Below, one piece after another: positions 1 to 14,529 of a stretch of DNA of 64,000 nt; positions within the stretch are counted from its first letter, which is position 1, and every line of letters begins with the position of its first letter. The DNA lies in contig NC_047023.1 in the NCBI RefSeq assembly GCF_902652985.1, positions 43,648,001 through 43,712,000 on the forward strand, in the 5' to 3' direction. A model generated the notes under the pieces. It saw only the letters and a program-made list of their open reading frames with translations. It did not search any database and was not told where the DNA came from. The translations under genes and the position numbers were made by a program. This DNA comes from Pecten maximus (lineage: Eukaryota).

Positions 1-3000
1 TGTATAATAACCTACAGTGTTATACTGTATCGTGTATAATACACCAACTGTGTTATACTGTATCGTGTATAATACACCTACTGTGTTATACTGTATCGTG
101 TATAATACACCTACTGTGTTATACTGTATCGTGTTTAATAACCTACTGTGTTATACTGTATCGTGTATAATACACCTACTGTGTTATACTGTATCGTGTA
201 TAATACACCTACTGTGTTATACTGTATCGTGTATAATACACCTACTGTTTTATACTGTATCATGTATAATACACCTACTGTGTTATACTGTATCGTGTAT
301 AATACACCTACTGTGTTATACTGTATCGTGTATAATACACCTACTGTGTTATACTGTATCGTGTATAATACACCTACTGTGTTATACTGTATCGTGTATA
401 ATACACCTACTGTGTTATACTGTATCGTGTATAATACACCTACTGTGTTATACTGTATCGTGTATAATACACCTACTGTGTTATACTGTATCGTGTATAA
501 TACACCTACTGTGTTATACTGTATCGTGTATAATACACCTACTGTGTTATACTGTATCGTGTATAATACACCTACTGTGTTATACTGTATCGTGTATAAT
601 ACACCTACTGTGTTATACTGTATCGTGTATAATACACCTACTGTGTTATACTGTATCGTGTATAATACACCTACTGTGTTATACTGTATCGTGTATAATA
701 CACCTACTGTGTTATACTGTATCGTGTATAATACACCTACTGTGTTATACTGTATCGTGTATAATACACCTACTGTGTTATACTGTATCGTGTATAATAC
801 ACCTACTGTGTTATACTGTATCGTGTATAATACACCTACTGTGTTATACTGTATCGTGTATAATACACCTACTGTGTTATACTGTATCGTGTATAATACA
901 CCTACTGTGTTATACTGTATCGTGTATAATACACCTACTGTGTTATACTGTATCGTGTATAATACACCTACTGTGTTATACTGTATCGTGTATAATACAC
1001 CTACTGTGTTATACTGTATCGTGTATAATACACCTACTGTGTTATACTGTATCGTGTATAATACACCTACTGTGTTATACTGTATCGTGTATAATACACC
1101 TACTGTGTTATACTGTATCGTGTATAATACACCTACTGTGTTATACTGTATCGTGTATAATACACCTACTGTGTTATACTGTATCGTGTATAATACACCT
1201 ACTGTGTTATACTGTATCGTGTATAATACACCTACTGTGTTATACTGTATCGTGTATAATACACCTACTGTGTTATACTGTATCGTGTATAATACACCTA
1301 CTGTGTTATACTGTATCGTGTATAATACACCTACTGTGTTATACTGTATCGTGTATAATACACCTACTGTGTTATACTGTATCGTGTATAATACACCTAC
1401 TGTGTTATACTGTATCGTGTATAATACACCTACTGTGTTATACTGTATCGTGTATAATACACCTACTGTGTTATACTGTATCGTGTATAATACACCTACT
1501 GTGTTATACTGTATCGTGTATAATACACCTACTGTGTTATACTGTATCGTGTATAATACACCTACTGTGTTATACTGTATCGTGTATAATACACCTACTG
1601 TGTTATACTGTATCGTGTATAATACACCTACTGTGTTATACTGTATCGTGTATAATACACCTACTGTGTTATACTGTATCGTGTATAATACACCTACTGT
1701 GTTATACTGTATCGTGTATAATACACCTACTGTGTTATACTGTATCGTGTATAATACACCTACTGTGTTATACTGTATCGTGTATAATACACCTACTGTG
1801 TTATACTGTATCGTGTATAATACACCTACTGTGTTATACTGTATCGTGTATAATACACCTACTGTGTTATACTGTATCGTGTATAATACACCTACTGTGT
1901 TATACTGTATCGTGTATAATACACCTACTGTGTTATACTGTATCGTGTATAATACACCTACTGTGTTATACTGTATCGTGTATAATACACCTACTGTGTT
2001 ATACTGTATCGTGTATAATACACCTACTGTGTTATACTGTATCGTGTATAATACACCTACTGTGTTATACTGTATCGTGTATAATACACCTACTGTGTTA
2101 TACTGTATCGTGTATAATACACCTACTGTGTTATACTGTATCGTGTATAATACACCTACTGTGTTATACTGTATCGTGTATAATACACCTACTGTGTTAT
2201 ACTGTATCGTGTATAATACACCTACTGTGTTATACTGTATCGTGTATAATACACCTACTGTGTTATACTGTATCGTGTATAATACACCTACTGTGTTATA
2301 CTGTATCGTGTATAATACACCTACTGTGTTATACTGTATCGTGTATAATACACCTACTGTGTTATACTGTATCGTGTATAATACACCTACTGTGTTATAC
2401 TGTATCGTGTATAATACACCTACTGTGTTATACTGTATCGTGTATAATACACCTACTGTGTTATACTGTATCGTGTATAATACACCTACTGTGTTATACT
2501 GTATCGTGTATAATACACCTACTGTGTTATACTGTATCGTGTATAATACACCTACTGTGTTATACTGTATCGTGTATAATACACCTACTGTGTTATACTG
2601 TATCGTGTATAATACACCTACTGTGTTATACTGTATCGTGTATAATACACCTACTGTGTTATACTGTATCGTGTATAATACACCTACTGTGTTATACTGT
2701 ATCGTGTATAATACACCTACTGTGTTATACTGTATCGTGTATAATACACCTACTGTGTTATACTGTATCGTGTATAATACACCTACTGTGTTATACTGTA
2801 TCGTGTATAATACACCTACTGTGTTATACTGTATCGTGTATAATACACCTACTGTGTTATACTGTATCGTGTATAATACACCTACTGTGTTATACTGTAT
2901 CGTGTATAATACACCTACTGTGTTATACTGTATCGTGTATAATAACCTACAGTGTTATACTGTATCATGTATAATACACCTACTGTGTTATACTGTATTG

Positions 3001-3095
3001 TGTATAATACACCTACTGTGTTATACTGTATCATGTATAGTACACCTACTGTGTTATACTGTATCATGTATAATACACCTACAGTGTTATACTAT
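1..3095. repeat. 33-bp tandem repeat (TGTATAATACACCTACTGTGTTATACTGTATCG), ~94 copies, nearly invariant interior
   Basis: Direct periodicity; variant units only at the two ends; produces the spurious 985/989-aa ORFs. Confidence 0.98.
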
Positions 3096-3356
3096 ATGGT
3101 GTGAGATATATGACTGATCATCGTAATCACAATACCTTACGTATACAGTATCATTTGCCTATAAACTGGCCAATTTATTATTCTTTTGTTTGTCCATTAA
3201 TTAATAAAACTAAATATTTTACGGTGTTTCTCAACCGAGCTCTCACATAGTCTGATTGTACTACTGACTTGGGTTATCATTTACATGCAGAACTACGATT
3301 AATGAACATAAATGGGACCTATGAAATTCAGATTGACAAGTACCATCACATAACAT

Positions 3357-3709
3357 AGTTTGGTTTGGTTTGGTTTATTTTGTTTAACGTCCTATTAACA
3401 GCTAAGGTCATTTAAGGACGGTCTCCCGTGCGTGCGACATGCATGCGTGTGGTGAGTGCGTATGTGTGTTTTGGGAGACTGCGGTATGTTCGTGTTAAGT
3501 CTCCTTGTGATAGGCCGGAACTTTTGCCGATTTATAGTGCTACCTCACTGAAGCATACTGCCGAAGACACCCAGCAGCACACCCCACCCGGTCACATTAT
3601 ACTGACAACGGGCGAACCAGTCGTCCCACTCCAAATATGCTGAGCGCTAAGCAGGATCAGCAACTACCATTTTTAAAGACTCTGGTATGTCTCGGCTAGG
3701 GGACAGAAC
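3357..3709 (-). mobile_element. SINE, 5'-truncated copy with (AAACC)n tail
   Basis: Reverse complement of about 54205-54551; both give the same 71-aa pseudo-ORF MRATCMRVVSAY...; (GGTTT)n tail at 3357-3376. Confidence 0.88.
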
Positions 3710-3744
3710 TCATATCATGTACGTTCCTTGTTTAATCCTCTTTT

Positions 3745-4996
3745 TTACGCACAAATTATCTAGGAGGTTGATTTTTGGTATATAAGTACGTAACTCAATG
3801 ACAAATTGTCTAGGGGTTGATCTTTGGTATATAATTATGTAACTCATTAATACATTATCCAGGGGTTGCTTTTTGGTAAATACATGTTAGTACCTAACTC
3901 AATGACAAATTATCCGCGAGTTCATTTTTGGTATATAAGTACGTAACTCAATGACAAATTATCTAGGGGTTGATCTTTGGTATATAGGAACGTAATTCAA
4001 TTACAAATTATCTAGGAGGTTGATTTTTGGTATATAAGAACGTAACTCAATGACAAATTATCTAGGGGTTGATCTTTGGTATATAAGTACGTAACTCAAT
4101 TACAATTGTCTAGGGGTTGATCTTTGGTATATAAGTACGTAACTCAATGACAAATTGTCTAGGGGTTGATCTTTGGTATATAAGAACGTAACTCAATGAC
4201 AAATTGTCTAGGGGTTGATCTTTGGTATATAAGAACGTAACTCAATGACACATTGTCTAGGGGTTGATCTTTGGTATATAAGAACGTAACTCAATGACAA
4301 ATTATCTAGGGGTTGATCTTTGGTATATAAGTACGTAACTCAATGACAAATTGTCTAGGGGTTGATCTTTGGTATATAAGAACGTAACCCAATGACAAAT
4401 TGTCTAGGGGTTGATCTTTGGTATATAAGAACGTAACTCAATGACAAATTATCTAGGGGTTGATCTTTGGTATATAAGTACGTAACTCAATTACAAATTA
4501 TCTAGGGGTTGATCTTTGGTATATAAGAACGTATCTCAATGACAATTGTCTAGGGGTTGATCTTTGGTATATAAGAACGTAACTCAATGACACATTGTCT
4601 AGGGGTTGATCTTTGGTATATAAGAACGTAACTCAATGACAAATTGTCTAGGGGTTGATCTTTGGTATATAAGAACGTAACTCAATGACAAATTGTCTAG
4701 GGGTTGATCTTTGGTATATAAGAACGTAACTCAATGACACATTGTCTAGGGGTTGATCTTTGGTATATAAGAACGTAACTCAATGACAAATTGTCTAGGG
4801 GTTGATCTTTGGTATATAAATACGTAACTCAATGACAATTGTCTAGGGGTTGATCTTTGGTATATAAATACGTAACTCAATGACAATTGTCTAGGGGTTG
4901 ATCTTTGGTATATAAGTACGTAACTCAATGACAAATTGTCTAGGGGTGGATCTTTGGTATATAAGTACGTAACTCAATGACACATTGTCTAGGGGA
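3745..4996. repeat. 49-bp minisatellite (AAATTGTCTAGGGGTTGATCTTTGGTATATAAGAACGTAACTCAATGAC), ~25 copies
   Basis: Direct periodicity; degenerate at the left edge. Confidence 0.95.
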
Positions 4997-5577
4997 TTGT
5001 ATTATGTATGGTTAATTACGGCAAATCTGTCGTATTTGTTTCGTTTGATATTATGTTCGTGCTAATATAAACTGTAACATAAAATGACCATTTATTGGTC
5101 ACTTCACTTTTTCCTCAAATCATTTCATTTCTCCATAAGTCACCCTCGATATAACGCCTCATTTATTGATGAACATTTCCCAGGCAGTATACCGAGGTTT
5201 TATCTTAAGTGATACGACCAATAGATGTATTCAATATTTCCACAATTAGTACTCGACTCCGTGGAGACATTGTGTGCAATCTGATGGGTATATCACCAAT
5301 TTTACTAGGCAGGGTATCTGTGTAAATGATTAAAGAGATCTACCTGTAAAGGCTCAGATCGATAATCTCCCCTGACAACGCTCTCTATTGATCTCATATT
5401 TAATAACGAGGCGATCATCATGTAATGTCACCTCTGTTATATATAATAACGGATTCCTCCATACATATATAATTGATGATATAAAGATAAGTTTATTAGT
5501 CAATAATATCCAGTACATTTTACAGATACGCTGGCGTGATATTCCGTAACGCATCAATTCACCAGATCACAAACGTT

Positions 5578-6490
5578 TGTATTGGTTAGGGTGTTCAACG
5601 TCCTCGCAACAGCCAAAGTCATGTGAGGATTGGTGTCAAGGTCACACAAACAGCCAGGGTCATATGAGGACGGTTGTCAAGGTCACACCAACAGCCAGGG
5701 TTATATGAGGACGGTTGTCAAGGTCACACCAACAGACAGGGTCATATGAGGACGGTTGTCAGGGTCACACCAACAGCAGGGTTATATGAGGACGGTTGTC
5801 AAGGTCACACCAACAGCCAGGGTTATATGAGGACGGTTGTCAAGGTCACACCAACAGCCAGGGTTATATGAGGACGGTTGTCAAGGTCACACCAACAGCC
5901 AGGGCTATATGAGGACGGATGTCAGGGTCTCACCAACAGCCAGGGTTTTTTGAGGACGGATGTCAAGGTCACACCAACAGCCTGGTCATATGAGGACGGG
6001 TGTCGAGGTCGCACCATCAGCCAGGGTCATGTGAGAACGGATGTCAGGGTCACGCAAACAGCAGGGTCATATGAGAACGGATGTCAGGGTCACACCAACA
6101 GCAGGGTCATATGAGGACGGTTGTCAGGGTCACACCAACAGCAGGGTCATATGAGGACGGTTGTCAAGAAGACACATATGGAAGAAAACAAAGGACTGAA
6201 AGACAGAACAGTGAAGAAATAAGGGACAAAACAAAGATACGAAGTGCAATGAGGGCAGATCTATTTTGGTGATTTCAATGTTCCATAAATAGAGGCAGCG
6301 GAAGGAAATCACCGATTCAGCTTGTAGTGGGATACTGCGAGCTTTATTCTTAGGCTCTCTCTCCAATGTCCACTGAGCAGAACACAAAGTAGAAAGCAGC
6401 CCTGACGCTGGGGAGGACCCCACAATTAGTAGCCTCTTACGAAATGCAGTGAGATACAAAAGACAAATTCTAACCCGTCCCTTCAGGGGT
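5578..6490 (-). mobile_element. Old SINE-related element containing an amplified 40-41-bp minisatellite
   Basis: 5595-5630 (AACGTCCTCGCAACAGCCAAAGTCATGTGAGG) resembles the SINE tail at 3386-3421; 6420-6490 (TTAGTAGCCTCTTACGAAATGCA...CAAATTCTAACCC) resembles the reverse complement of the SINE head at 54030-54090. Confidence 0.55.
5630..6168. repeat. 40-41-bp minisatellite (GGACGGTTGTCAAGGTCACACCAACAGCCAGGGTTATATGA), ~13 copies
   Basis: Direct periodicity. Confidence 0.92.
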
Positions 6491-7026
6491 TTATTAACAT
6501 GTATCAGACAGTGGCTGGATTATACTAAAGACTCAACAAATAATATCATTAGCCATTTCAATACAAATTAAGAGTTAGATACAGCAGAGCCAACAATTAT
6601 TTGAACTGCACCATACAGCTGTGTGATCCGTCTAAGTGTTGGTACCTAAGGGGACGACCGAGGACATTCAAAATAGATCAAAGGAATTCTCAAAGACTTA
6701 CATCAAAATTAATATATTGATATATTTTAAGATAAAATTGCTAAATGTATTCCATTCTTTATGAGTAAATCACAAACAACACGACTTTACACACAGTACC
6801 TGGTGGCTATTGCGTAACCTTATTAAATTCATCGTGCTTTTGGCTGTGACAACAAAAAGAACAATGTTTGTATAACTGGGTTCATATGGAATCAGTAGCA
6901 TAATTCATGACGTCGTCTCTGTATGACGTTACACCACGTCAACTCGACAGTACCATTTTGAAAGGACTTATCAGCGCAATTTAAGCGTCCCTATGTTGAC
7001 GGAGAATCTGTGCATGAAAAGCTAAC

Positions 7027-9005
7027 GTCTTTGTTGATGTTCCTTGTCTTTGTTGATGTTGCCTGTCTTTGTTGATGTTCTCTGTCTTTGTTGATGTTTC
7101 TTGTCTTTGTTGATGTTTCCTATCTTTGTTGATGTTCCTTGTCTTTGTAGATGTTACCTGTTTTTGTTGATGTTCCCTGTTTTTGTTGATATTTCCTGTC
7201 TTTTTTTATGTTTCCTATCTTTGTTGATGTTCCTTGTCTTTGTTGATGTGCCTTGTCTTTGTTGGTGTTCCTTGTCCTTGTTGATGTTCCTTGTCTTTGT
7301 TGATGTGCCTTGTCTTTGTTGATGTTGCCTGTCTTTGTTGATATTCCCTGTCTTTGTTGATGTTCCTTGTCTGTGTTGATGTTCCTTGTCTTTGTTGATA
7401 TTCCTTGTCTTTGTTGATGTTCCTTGTCTGTGTTGATGTTCTCTGTCTTTGTTGATGTCCCCTGTCTGTGTTGATGTTTCCTGTCTTTGTTGATGTCCCC
7501 TGTCTGTGTTGATGTTCCTTGTCTGTGTTGATGTTCCTTGTCTGTGTTGATGTTCCTTGTCTGTGTTGATGTTCCTTGTCTGTGTTGATGTCTCCTGTCT
7601 GTGTTGATGTTCTCTGTCTTTGTTGATGTCCCCTGTCTGTGTTGATGTTCCTTGTCTGTGTTGATGTTCCTTGTCTTTGTTGATGTCCCCTGTCTGTGTT
7701 GATGTTCCTTGTCTGTGTTGATGTTCCTTGTCTTTGTTGATGTCCCCTGTCTGTGTTGATGTTCCTTGTTTTTGTTGATGTTCCTTGTCTTTGTTGATGT
7801 TCCTTGTCTTTGTTGATGTCCCCTGTCTGTGTTGATGTTCCTTGTCTGTGTTGATGTTTCCTGTCTTTGTTGATGTCCCCTGTCTGTGTTGATGTTCTCT
7901 GTCTTTGTTGATGTCCCCTGTCTGTGTTGATGTTCCTTGTCTTTGTTGATGTTCCTTGTCTTTGTTGATGTTCCTTGTTTTTGTTGATGTTCCTTGTCTT
8001 TGTTGATGTTCCTTGTCTTTGTTGATGTCCCCTGTCTGTGTTGATGTTTCCTGTCTTTGTTGAGGTTCCTTGTCTTTGTTGATGTTCCCTGTCTGTGTTG
8101 ATGTTCCTTGTCTGTGTTGATGTTCCTTGTCTTTGTTGATGTCCCTTGTCTTTGTTGATGTCCCCTGTCTGTGTTGATGTTCTCTGTCTTTGTTGATGTC
8201 CCCTGTCTGTGTTGATGTTCCTTGTCTGTGTTGATGTTCCTTGTCTTTGTTGATGTCCCCTGTCTGTGTTGATGTTCCTTGTCTGTGTTGATGTTCCTTG
8301 TCTTTGTTGATGTCCCCTGTCTGTGTTGATGTTCCTTGTCTGTGTTGATGTTCCTTGTCTTTGTTGATGTTTCCTGTCTTTGTTGATATTCCTTGTCTTT
8401 GTTGATGTTCCTTGTCTTTGTTGACGTTCCTTGTCTTTGTTGATGTCCCCTGTCTGTGTTGATGTTCCTTGTCTGTGTTGATGTTCCTTGTCTTTGTTGA
8501 TATTCCTTGTCTTTGTTGATGTTCGATGTCTTTGTTGATGTCCCCTGTCTTTGTTGATGTTCCTTGTCTTTGTTGATGTTCCTTGTCGTTGTTGATGTTA
8601 TTTGTCTTTGTTGATGTTCCTTGTCGTTGTTGATGTTCCTTGTCTTTGTTGATATTCCTTGTCCTTGTTGATATTCCTTGTCTTTGTTGATGTTCCCTGT
8701 CTTTGTTGATGTTCCTTGTCTTTGTTGATATTCCTTGTCTTTGTTGATGTTCCTTGTCTTTGTTGATGTTCCCTGTCTTTGTTGATGTTCCCTGTCTTTG
8801 TTGATGTCCCCTGTCTGTGTTGATGTTCCTTGTCTTTGTTGATATTCCTTGTCTTTGTTGATGTTCCTTGTCTTTGTTGATGTTCCCTGTCTTTGTTGAT
8901 GTTCCTTGTCTTTGTAGATTTTCCTTGTCTTTGTTGACGGTCCTTGTCCTTGTTGATATTCCTTTTCGTTGTTGATGTTCCTTATCGTTGTTGATATTCT
9001 TTGTC
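7027..9005. repeat. 19-bp minisatellite (TGATGTTCCTTGTCTTTGT), ~104 copies
   Basis: Period 19; the 19-aa protein repeat equals three DNA units and appears in more than one frame. Confidence 0.95.
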
Positions 9006-10819
9006 TCCATTGGTCATTCATCCCTGTTGTTGTGCCTCCCCTGTCCTTTGTCTGTCCACCTAGATATGCTGTAACAATTAGTGACTTCACCATATAACAA
9101 CGGAGTAGAAAGAAGGACATCCATGATATTAATATAATATAGATATCTAACACACTACCGATAGTACAATACTAACCTAATCGATTAAAAGTTGATCGAT
9201 CTTTAACAACATCACATGTCCCGTTTTATCCTAGCAATACCTTTATTACAATGTCATGTCAATATCCCAAGAAACAATGCATTTATTCATGAGTATTAAT
9301 ATCAGTACCCTATTGTTTGTAACATGACCGCGTTCATTACTAAATTCATCCCTGAAACATCAGATATAATGTTGTATGAGATAAATCTATATTCAATAGC
9401 CTTGTAAACATGATCATTTTTATATAACATATCCATATCAATGTACGTACTGTTATCCGGATCAAAGTCCGTTACTAGAAAACATTGGCTGTTCATTACC
9501 ATCACAGAATGTCGGGTCCTACGTAAACATCAAAGAACCGAATACCCCTGTGATGAGGCAACACAAGCTGTGAGTATTGAACCCAGACCAGGACCTACAA
9601 ATCGAATTCTCCAGTTTAATCATCTTCGCCATATGAACCTCTGATCAAATATTGCTGTATAGGTTTACCGGCTTTTTATCCCGACAGTAAATCTTTTGTT
9701 TCCTTTGTAATGAATGAGACAATGCATCTCTCCATGTTGTCTTTAGTTGTCGGTGTCTACCCTGACTTAATGTCTGCACGGTTTGTTACCGACTTTGTCA
9801 AGTCTTGGAATCGATATATCCACTTCCGTTAATGGCCCGTCAAAACTGTATTTCATATTTTTTCTATTGATCAAATAAAACTTGACATATATATTGTTAT
9901 TTCCCGATCTGATCCGCAGGTTGTACATTTTAAATAACAATCACAGTCTCTGCTTATAAATCAAGTGTTGAAATAAGAGCTGCTTTTTCCTTCTATATAA
10001 CTAAATGAAGTGGTCGTACAAAAGACGCTCCAGATCCTACAATAAGAAGAGTTAGATAAATAGAACCAAAAATAATTCAACTGCATAATATAGCTGTTAC
10101 CGCTGGTTCGTCGCTCTTTCGGTATCACTACCCTAGCTCTCTTTTTGAGAACGTTACTAGCATTTGGCCTAGGTTTCTATGTAAATCTAATTTTTTGTTC
10201 ATAGTTTGCTCCCGTTTAATCGATTTATATTGGATTTTTTATATTAAATATGTCAGAATGTTTTGTTTGTTTGGAATTTTTTTTCCAGAACTCGTCATTG
10301 GTGTTCATGGCCTGAGGGTTACCATAAAGGAGGCGACCAAAAACCTCGAAATAGGTGAAAAGAAATGTGTTTTTAGACAGAGTATTCTTATACATAATTT
10401 TATAATGTCAATATAGAGAGGCAATAAAACATAAATACAGATGCTATTGAAGACAATTTACATTGCACATATGTTTTTTAAAAAATGAGATATTTTGAAT
10501 CTTCATCTATCAAATGTTAGATGTTTCATTGTACATTAATCCTAATCTACCAACAGAGAAAGAGATGTTTCTAATTAATACTTTGACACTTACATTACAC
10601 AATATTGACAAGCGAAACTGGATAACATTTACCATACTGCCAATAGAGTTAGTACAGACAGACATTCGCTTTACCGCCAGGGCTTCGTTCACAATGTACT
10701 TAGCTGGTACATTCTTTTTGGAGTTCACGGAGGAGCGACAAACAAGCTCAAAGCCAGTCAATAAAACCACATTATAAATTTTATTAATGACGGTAAATTA
10801 ATTTAGTTAAAAAAATGTT

Positions 10820-11980
10820 TATTAACTTTAGTAAACTGATGGTTAGTTACTATAGTTAACTGGTGGTTAGTTAATTAAAATAACTGGTGGTTAGTTATTT
10901 TTGTTAAGTTATGGTTAGTTACTTTAGTAAACTTGTAGTTAGTTACATCAGTTAACTGATGGTTAGTTACTTTAGTAAACTTGTAGTTAGTTACATCAGT
11001 TAACTGGTGGTTAGTTACTTTAGTAAACTTGTAGTTAGTTACATCAGTTAACTGGTGGTTAGTTACTTTAGTAAACTTGTAGTTAGTTACATCAGTTAAC
11101 TGGTGGTTAGTTACTTTAGTAAACTTGTAGTTAGTTACATCAGTTAACTGGTGGTTAGTTACTTTAGTTGAGTAATGGTTAGTTACTGAAGTTAACTGTT
11201 GGTAAATTACTCTAGTTGACTGGTGGTTTATTATTTCAGTTAACTGGTGATTAATCTATTATTAACTTTAGTTAATGTTGGTTAGTCACGTTAGTTGAAA
11301 ATGTCTAGTTGCTTTAGTTGACTGATGGTTCGTTACTGAAATAAACTGATGATTAGTTATTTTTGTGAACTGATGATTTTGATTACATAAGTTAATCGGT
11401 GGTTAGTTACTTTAGCAAACTGATGGTTAGTTAATTTTGGTAACTGGTGGTCTATTATTTTAATTAGCTAATGGTTAGTAACTTCTATTAACAAGTGGTT
11501 AATTACTTAAATTAACTGGTAATTAATAGCTCTAGTTATTTCAGTTAACTGCTGGTTAGTTACTTTAATTAACGTACGGTTGGTTACTTTAGTTAAATGG
11601 TTGTTGATCGCATTACTAGTGTTTAATGACTTTATTTAACTCTTGGGAAATTACTTCAGTTTACTGGTGTTAATTATTTCATTTAAGTGGTGGCTGGTTA
11701 CTTTAGTAAACTAATGGTAGGTAACTTTAGTTAACTTGTGATCAATCACTTAATCTAAATGTAAATGGAAGTTAACTACTTCAGTTAATTGGTGTTTAGT
11801 GAACTTTAGTAAACCAACTGATTGAAGTTAATTGAGTTAACTGGCGGTAAATTACTTCAGTTTACTGGTAGTTAATTGCTTCAGTTAACTGATGATTAGT
11901 TACTTTAATTAAGTGAATGCTAGTTTCTTAAGTTAACTGATGGTAACCTACTTGATTTTGCTGATGGTTGATTACTGAAT
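10820..11980. repeat. Degenerate ~24-bp satellite with a homogenised 48-bp dimer core (about 10920-11165)
   Basis: ACTTTAGTAAAC recurs every 48 bp; two alternating 24-bp subunits; diverged monomers on both sides. Confidence 0.85.
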
Positions 11981-12815
11981 CATTCACATTTCTGCTATTT
12001 TATTTGAAAATGTTTTGTTTAGATATCTTGGTTTATCGCTTAAAGGGAATGATGTTCAAATTGTAATTATACGAAATCTCTACTACATCTAAATAAAAAT
12101 GTCCAGGATTCGTATGTGTTAATACATATCCCTGTCGTTCTTTAATTGATAGATTTGTAAATGACCGTTCAAATCGCTTGAAAGAAGCTTTCAATGGGTT
12201 TTACAGGGTCAAGAAAGATAACTCTACGAGCTATCAGATTCCAACACTCCCGACAATATCAATAAAATATGTACTGATTGTTAATCAAGACAAAAAGGTT
12301 TTAAGTTTGGAAGAGGAATTAATACAAGTGTATTGACATATTTTTATTGATATAATATTAAATACAGCGGTGTATTAGTCCCAGTATCAATTTATTTATC
12401 CTGTACAAGATACTAAGTTTTACATACAAGATAATTATTTTTATAGTGACCTCACATCGCCGTAGTTAAGAGTGTATATTGTATATCAACCTTTTTGTTT
12501 GGTTTTCTATAAATCGACTACTAACATTAAATAATTGATACTACAGTTGTAATACCATAATGTTTACTAATGAAGGGGAATCAAAATGGCATTGGGGACA
12601 AGTCAATCTTATCAATCTTGGATAACAGTGTCACAAAAATCATGAATAAAAACTGACGACTTCTGTGAAACATTGAAAGCAGTATACACACAGAAATGGA
12701 CGCCATCGTTTCAACTGAAGATTTGTTTTCAAGGAAATCAAATGGAAATACCATCACACTATGTGGCTTATAAACTTTTACGGAAACAACATAATTAAGT
12801 GGGCCAAAGAGTTAT

Positions 12816-14346
12816 TCTGAGGCTAAATTCCTGGAATTTCTGGTCAGCAAACACTTATGAGTTAGACAAGATATTCCAAACTGAAAAGTGACATCACCAC
12901 GGAAACAAACCATTCCCCCTGTTAATTTAGTTTTGCTCTTATATGAGAGTTATCAGGACATGTGTAAACAATCATATCCTATGTCCTATTTCCTATCCTA
13001 TGTCCTATTTCCTACCCTATGTCCTATTTCCTATCCTATGTCCTAGTTCTTATCCTATGTCCTATTTCCTATCCTATGTCCTATTTCCCTCCCTATGTCC
13101 TATTTCTCCTATCTTATGTCCTATTTCATATCCTATGTCATATTTCCTATCTTATATCCTATTTCCTATCCTATGTCCTATTTCCTATCCTATGTCCTCT
13201 TTCCTATCCTATGTCCTATTTCCTATCCTATGTCCTAGTTCTTATCCTATGTCCTATTTCCTATCCTATATCCTATTTCCTATCCTATATCCTATTTCCT
13301 ATCCTATGTCCTATTTCTCCTATCCTATGTCCTATTTCCTATCCTATGTCCTATTCCCTATCCTATGTCCTATTCCCTATCCTATGTCCTATTTCCCATC
13401 CTATGTCCTATTTCCCTCCCTATGTCCTATTTCTCCTATCTTATGTCCTATTTCATATCATATGTCTGAGGCTAAATTTCTGGAATTTCTGGTCAACAAA
13501 CACTTATGAGTTAGACAAGATATTCCAAACTGAAAAGTGACATCACCACGGAAACAAACCATTCCCCCTGTTAATTTAGTTTTGCTCTTATATGAGAGTT
13601 ATCAGGACATGTGTAAACAATCATATCCTATGTCCTATTTCCTATCCTATGTCCTATTTCCTATCCTATGTCCTATTTCCTATCCTATGTCCTATTTCCT
13701 ATCCTATGTCCTATTCTCTATCCTATGTCTTATTCCCTATCCTATGTCCTATTTCTCCTATCTTATGTCCTATTTCATATCCTATGTCCTATTTCTCCTA
13801 TCCTATGTCCTATTTCCTGTCCTATGTCCTATTTCCTATCATATGTCCTATTTCCTATCCTTTGTCCTATTTCTCCTATCCTATGTCCTATTTCCTATCC
13901 TATGTCCTATTTCCTATCATATGTCCTATTTCTCCTATCCTATGTCCTATTTCCTATCCTATTTCCTATTTCCTATCCTATGTCCTATTTCCTATCCTAT
14001 ATCCTATTTCCTATCCTATGTCCTATTTCTCCTATCCTATGTCCTATTTCCTATCCTATATCCTATTTCCCTCCCTATGTCCTATTTCTCCTATCTTATG
14101 TCCTATTTCATATCCTATGTCCTATTTCTCCTGTCCTATTTCCTGTCCTATGTCCTATTTCCTATCCTTTATCCTATTTCCTATCCTATATCCTATTTCC
14201 TATCCTATGTCCTATCTCCTATCCTATGTCCTATTTCCTATCCTATGTCCTATTTCTCCTATCCTATGTCCTATTTCCTATCCTATGTCCTATTTCTCCT
14301 ATCCTATGTCCTATTTCCTATCCTATGTCCTATTTCCTATCCTATG
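12816..14346. repeat. Tandem duplication (offset 649 bp) of a ~160-bp unique segment plus a (TCCTA)-based ~19-bp minisatellite
   Basis: TCTGAGGCTAAATT...GTAAACAATCATATCC at 12816 and again at 13465, each followed by TCCTATGTCCTATTTCCTA arrays. Confidence 0.93.
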
Positions 14347-14529
14347 CCAGATCTATTGTCGGTATCTTTTTTATCAAAATCATATTTGCCGTGTTTACAG
14401 AACGTCATTATAAAATAGCGTTTAAACATTCACAGTGTTAACATCACGTTTATACTGTAAAATTGACCAATATTTTAACTCTGAAAGTGAAACTGACCCT
14501 TGAAATATTTATCCCTCAAAAGATTATCA

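Noticed and set aside
17-3117. 985-aa and 989-aa ORFs
   Set aside because: Translations of a perfect 33-bp satellite in two frames, with no synonymous variation or gene context.
7120-9153. 677-aa and 618-aa T/K/Q/R-rich ORFs with a plausible acceptor at 9060
   Set aside because: The 19-bp unit is not a multiple of 3 and yields the same peptide in several frames, and I found no signal exon. Treated as non-coding, though RNA-seq would be needed to exclude it fully.
12943-14441. Y/P/S/L-rich ORFs
   Set aside because: Translations of the (TCCTA)-based minisatellite in all three frames.
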